A DNA stretch of 64,000 bases, taken from the NCBI GenBank assembly GCA_046331505.1, contig JAXLQT010000036.1, positions 267 to 64,266 of the forward strand, given 5' to 3'. This DNA comes from Acidobacteriota bacterium. GTDB taxonomy: Bacteria > Acidobacteriota > Vicinamibacteria > JAXLQT01. A program made the position numbers and the translations under genes. Positions 61,738 through 64,000 of the stretch are shown piece after piece (position 1 is the first letter of the stretch; the number at the start of each line of letters is the position of its first letter). Under the pieces are notes generated by a model, which was given only the letters and a program-made list of their open reading frames with translations, was not told where the DNA came from and searched no databases.

Positions 61738-62700
61738 ATGCGCCGCGCGATCTTCGCCCTCGTCTTCCTGTCCCTGTCCCAGGCACGCGCCGAGGAGGCT
61801 GGCGGCGTCACCTGGGAGAAGTCGGTCGCCGCGGCGAAGGAGCGGGCGGCCAAGGAGAAGCGCCCGATCGTCATCGACTTCTGGGCGTCGTGGTGCGGCT
61901 GGTGCAAGGTGCAGGACCGCGAGGTCTTCAGCAAGCCCAAGATGGCGGAGTTCACGAAGGGGATGATCTTCGTGAAGCTCAACACCGAGGACGGCGGCGA
62001 CGGCACGAAGCTCGCCCGCAACTTCGGCATCTCCGGGCTTCCGACCGTGCTGGTGATGGACGCGACGGAGCACGAGGTGGATCGCATCACCGGCTTCCAC
62101 AAGATCGACGACTTCATCCCCAGGCTCCAGGCCATCCTCGACGGCAAGGGCGAGCTGCAGCTCCTGAGCAAGAAGCCCGATCCGACGCCGCAGGACCTCG
62201 ACAAGCTCGCGAGCCTCTACGTCGATCGCGGCAACGTCCAGATGGCGCGCGATTCGTGGGAGGGAATCCTGAAGAAGGATCCCGACAACAAGCAGGGGAT
62301 CACCGACGACACGATGCTGAAGCTCGCCGCGCTCGCCTATTCCCAGGGACAGCTCGACGATGCGAAGAAGCAGCTCGAGGCGCTCATCAAGAAGTTCCCG
62401 AACGAGGCGAGCGCCGCCAGCGCGAAGTCCTACCTGCAGAGGCTCGACAGCGCGCCGCGAGGCGGCGCCCAGGCGCCGAAGCTCGCGCACTACGACACGC
62501 TGCCGGGCGTCGATCTCGCCACCTTGCCGGCGGACAAGCGTGCGAAGGTCCTGGAACGGGCGAACAAGGAGACCTGCACCTGCGGTTGCCCGCAGGACAC
62601 GATCGCCCAGTGCCTCAACACCGATCCCCAGTGCGCGGTCGCCCCTCGCCTCGTCCAGCAGATCGTGAACGAGGTGACCGGAACGAAGGCCTCGAAATAA
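61738..62700 (+). CDS. secreted thioredoxin-fold protein with TPR-like and Cys-rich C-terminal regions
   Basis: Start MRRAIFALVFLSLSQARA (signal). It has PIVIDFWASWCGWCK (WCxxC active site) and a C-terminal ETCTCGCPQDTIAQCLNTDPQC. Confidence 0.8.
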   Translation: MRRAIFALVFLSLSQARAEEAGGVTWEKSVAAAKERAAKEKRPIVIDFWASWCGWCKVQDREVFSKPKMAEFTKGMIFVKLNTEDGGDGTKLARNFGISGLPTVLVMDATEHEVDRITGFHKIDDFIPRLQAILDGKGELQLLSKKPDPTPQDLDKLASLYVDRGNVQMARDSWEGILKKDPDNKQGITDDTMLKLAALAYSQGQLDDAKKQLEALIKKFPNEASAASAKSYLQRLDSAPRGGAQAPKLAHYDTLPGVDLATLPADKRAKVLERANKETCTCGCPQDTIAQCLNTDPQCAVAPRLVQQIVNEVTGTKASK

Positions 62701-63689
62701 GCGGCCGGAAGCTCTCGATCGCGCTCCTCGGAGGCGGCCTCCTCGCGGGGTTCAGCCTCTGGGCGATCACCGCGGCCCAGGAGCGAACGGCGATCCCGCC
62801 CGGTGCGCGCGCGCTGCCGCCAGAGACGGGGCGCGTGCTCCGCGTGCTCGCCGGCACGGATCGGCGCGCCCTCGCCTGGATGCGCGCGCCGAGCGATCGC
62901 CTGCTCCAGGCAGGCGCGGGGCGCGAGCCGCTCCACGCCGTCCCGGGCGGCCGCCAGATCGCCGTGGGCGCGAGCTCCGTCGACGTCCCCGAGCGATTCG
63001 TCGAGACGATCTCCGCGATGGCGGAGACGCTGCGCGCCATCGACACGCTCAAGGGCCGCCGGGTCGTGCCGGGGTTCTTCGCGCAGCCCGAGGTCCGCAA
63101 GGTCGTCGACGAGGCCTACCAGCAGATGGTGGCCAAGCAGATCGTCGTCGGAGGAGCGCCTTACCGTGTCTCTCGCGCGGGCCTCCTCGAAGAGGGCGAG
63201 GACGGCTACCGGCTCCGGCTGGCGCCCGAGCCGATCGACGGAGCGGTCGCCGCAATGACCGGGGCCCGCGGCTCCTGGGACGGAGCGCTCGCGCTCTACC
63301 ACGGAGACGAGCCGCTCTGGAAGCGCGGCGACCCCATGGCGCTGTTCCCGAACCTCGAGAAGCGCGATGCGGCGCGCCACTACGACGCAGAGAAGCGGCT
63401 CATCCATCTCGGGCTCACTCTCGATGCCGTGATCCCGAACCTCGTGGAGGCGGCGTTCATCGATCCCGCCGCTTTCCTCGAGCTCGCGCTCGAGGGCGCG
63501 CCCCGCTCCGTGGTCGCCGTCGTGGCGATCCGGCACGAGACGATCCTGAACCGGCAGGTCGCCGGCGAGGACGACGTCTGGAGCCGCGAGCTCTGCCCGA
63601 TGTCGATCGTCCTGTACGCGGACGACGGGCACCCGCGCGTGATCCACGTCTTCGACGGAAAGAACGCCGAAGAAGCTCTTCCGCCTTGA
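62631..63689 (+). CDS. hypothetical protein with one N-terminal TM segment
   Basis: Tail of track ORF 61890..63689. The TM is KLSIALLGGGLLAGFSLWAITAA. The nearest canonical in-frame start that retains the TM is GTG 62631, which overlaps the upstream gene by 70 nt. The next start is GTG 62835, which would drop the TM. Confidence 0.4.
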   Translation: MRGRPSPRPADRERGDRNEGLEISGRKLSIALLGGGLLAGFSLWAITAAQERTAIPPGARALPPETGRVLRVLAGTDRRALAWMRAPSDRLLQAGAGREPLHAVPGGRQIAVGASSVDVPERFVETISAMAETLRAIDTLKGRRVVPGFFAQPEVRKVVDEAYQQMVAKQIVVGGAPYRVSRAGLLEEGEDGYRLRLAPEPIDGAVAAMTGARGSWDGALALYHGDEPLWKRGDPMALFPNLEKRDAARHYDAEKRLIHLGLTLDAVIPNLVEAAFIDPAAFLELALEGAPRSVVAVVAIRHETILNRQVAGEDDVWSRELCPMSIVLYADDGHPRVIHVFDGKNAEEALPP

Positions 63690-63746
63690 CACCTCGCGGC
63701 GAAAGCCGTTAACTCTTTTCGCCCGCGCCTGGCGGGCGCAGACGCC

Positions 63747-64000
63747 ATGCCCATCTACGAGTACCGCTGCAAGAAGAACGGACACCAGTTCGAGCTCATC
63801 CAGAAGCTCTCCGATCCGCCGCCGAAGAAGTGCCCCCGCTGCGGCTCGAAGGTCGAGAAGCTGATCTCGGCCGGCGCCTTCGTCCTCAAGGGCAGCGGCT
63901 TCTACGTCAACGACTACGTCCGCAAGGGCAAGGACGAGAAGTCCGAGTCCGGCAAGAGCGAGCCCGCGAAGACGGAAGCCAAGGCCGAGACGAAGAACGA
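63747..64000 (+). CDS. FmdB-family zinc-ribbon protein (CxxC-x-CxxC); 3' end runs off window
   Basis: Not in the track because there is no stop in the window. MPIYEYRCKKNGHQFELIQKLSDPPPKKCPRCGSKVEKLISAGAFVLKGSGFYVNDY... is the classic FmdB N-terminus. Confidence 0.8.
   Translation, partial: MPIYEYRCKKNGHQFELIQKLSDPPPKKCPRCGSKVEKLISAGAFVLKGSGFYVNDYVRKGKDEKSESGKSEPAKTEAKAETKN

Overview
Very GC-rich bacterial chromosomal segment. Third codon positions are overwhelmingly G/C, so the six-frame track is full of long spurious Arg/Gly/Ala-rich ORFs. I called genes from recognisable protein motifs, codon-position bias, start/stop coupling (many ATGA/GTGA/TGATG overlaps) and signal peptides.

Gene content:
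- Housekeeping: hrcA-grpE-dnaK-dnaJ, a solitary rpsR, clpP, pepP, a tRNA-dihydrouridine synthase, an inositol monophosphatase, and a YejABE-like ABC importer without its ATPase.
- Signalling and envelope: a Hanks kinase, a HAMP-PP2C phosphatase, two GAF-HD-GYP proteins, a CheY-like receiver, and TonB-, ankyrin-, HEAT- and TPR-containing proteins, a CRTAC1/FG-GAP lipoprotein, and two sulfatase-like proteins.
- The repertoire is reminiscent of Myxococcota/Acidobacteriota-like lineages. Taxonomy cannot be established from this window.

Most interesting locus (about 44.9-47.1 kb): an ORF-track-invisible 59-codon gene encodes a Pup-like protein ending ...YVTRWVVPGGGE. It sits directly upstream of a PafA/Dop (Pup-ligase family) homologue.
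- The homologue carries a roughly 100-residue hydrophobic insertion.
- It has no canonical start codon near its conserved N-terminus.
- No Mpa or 20S proteasome genes are in the window.
- A HAMP-PP2C phosphatase gene lies immediately upstream.

Other notable items:
- A 4.7-copy tandem array of 48-bp REP-like hairpins (GTAG head) immediately upstream of clpP, with related hairpins at two other loci and a RAYT-like Y1 transposase at 24.1 kb.
- An MglA-type GTPase fused to a long Pro-rich linker and an apparently catalytically dead CHAT-like domain.
- clpP followed by a degenerate-P-loop AAA_16/TPR protein where clpX would often be.
- A 162-bp MITE-like palindromic element flanked by TA.
- An unusually high density of frameshifted or decayed genes, which could be assembly indels or real decay.
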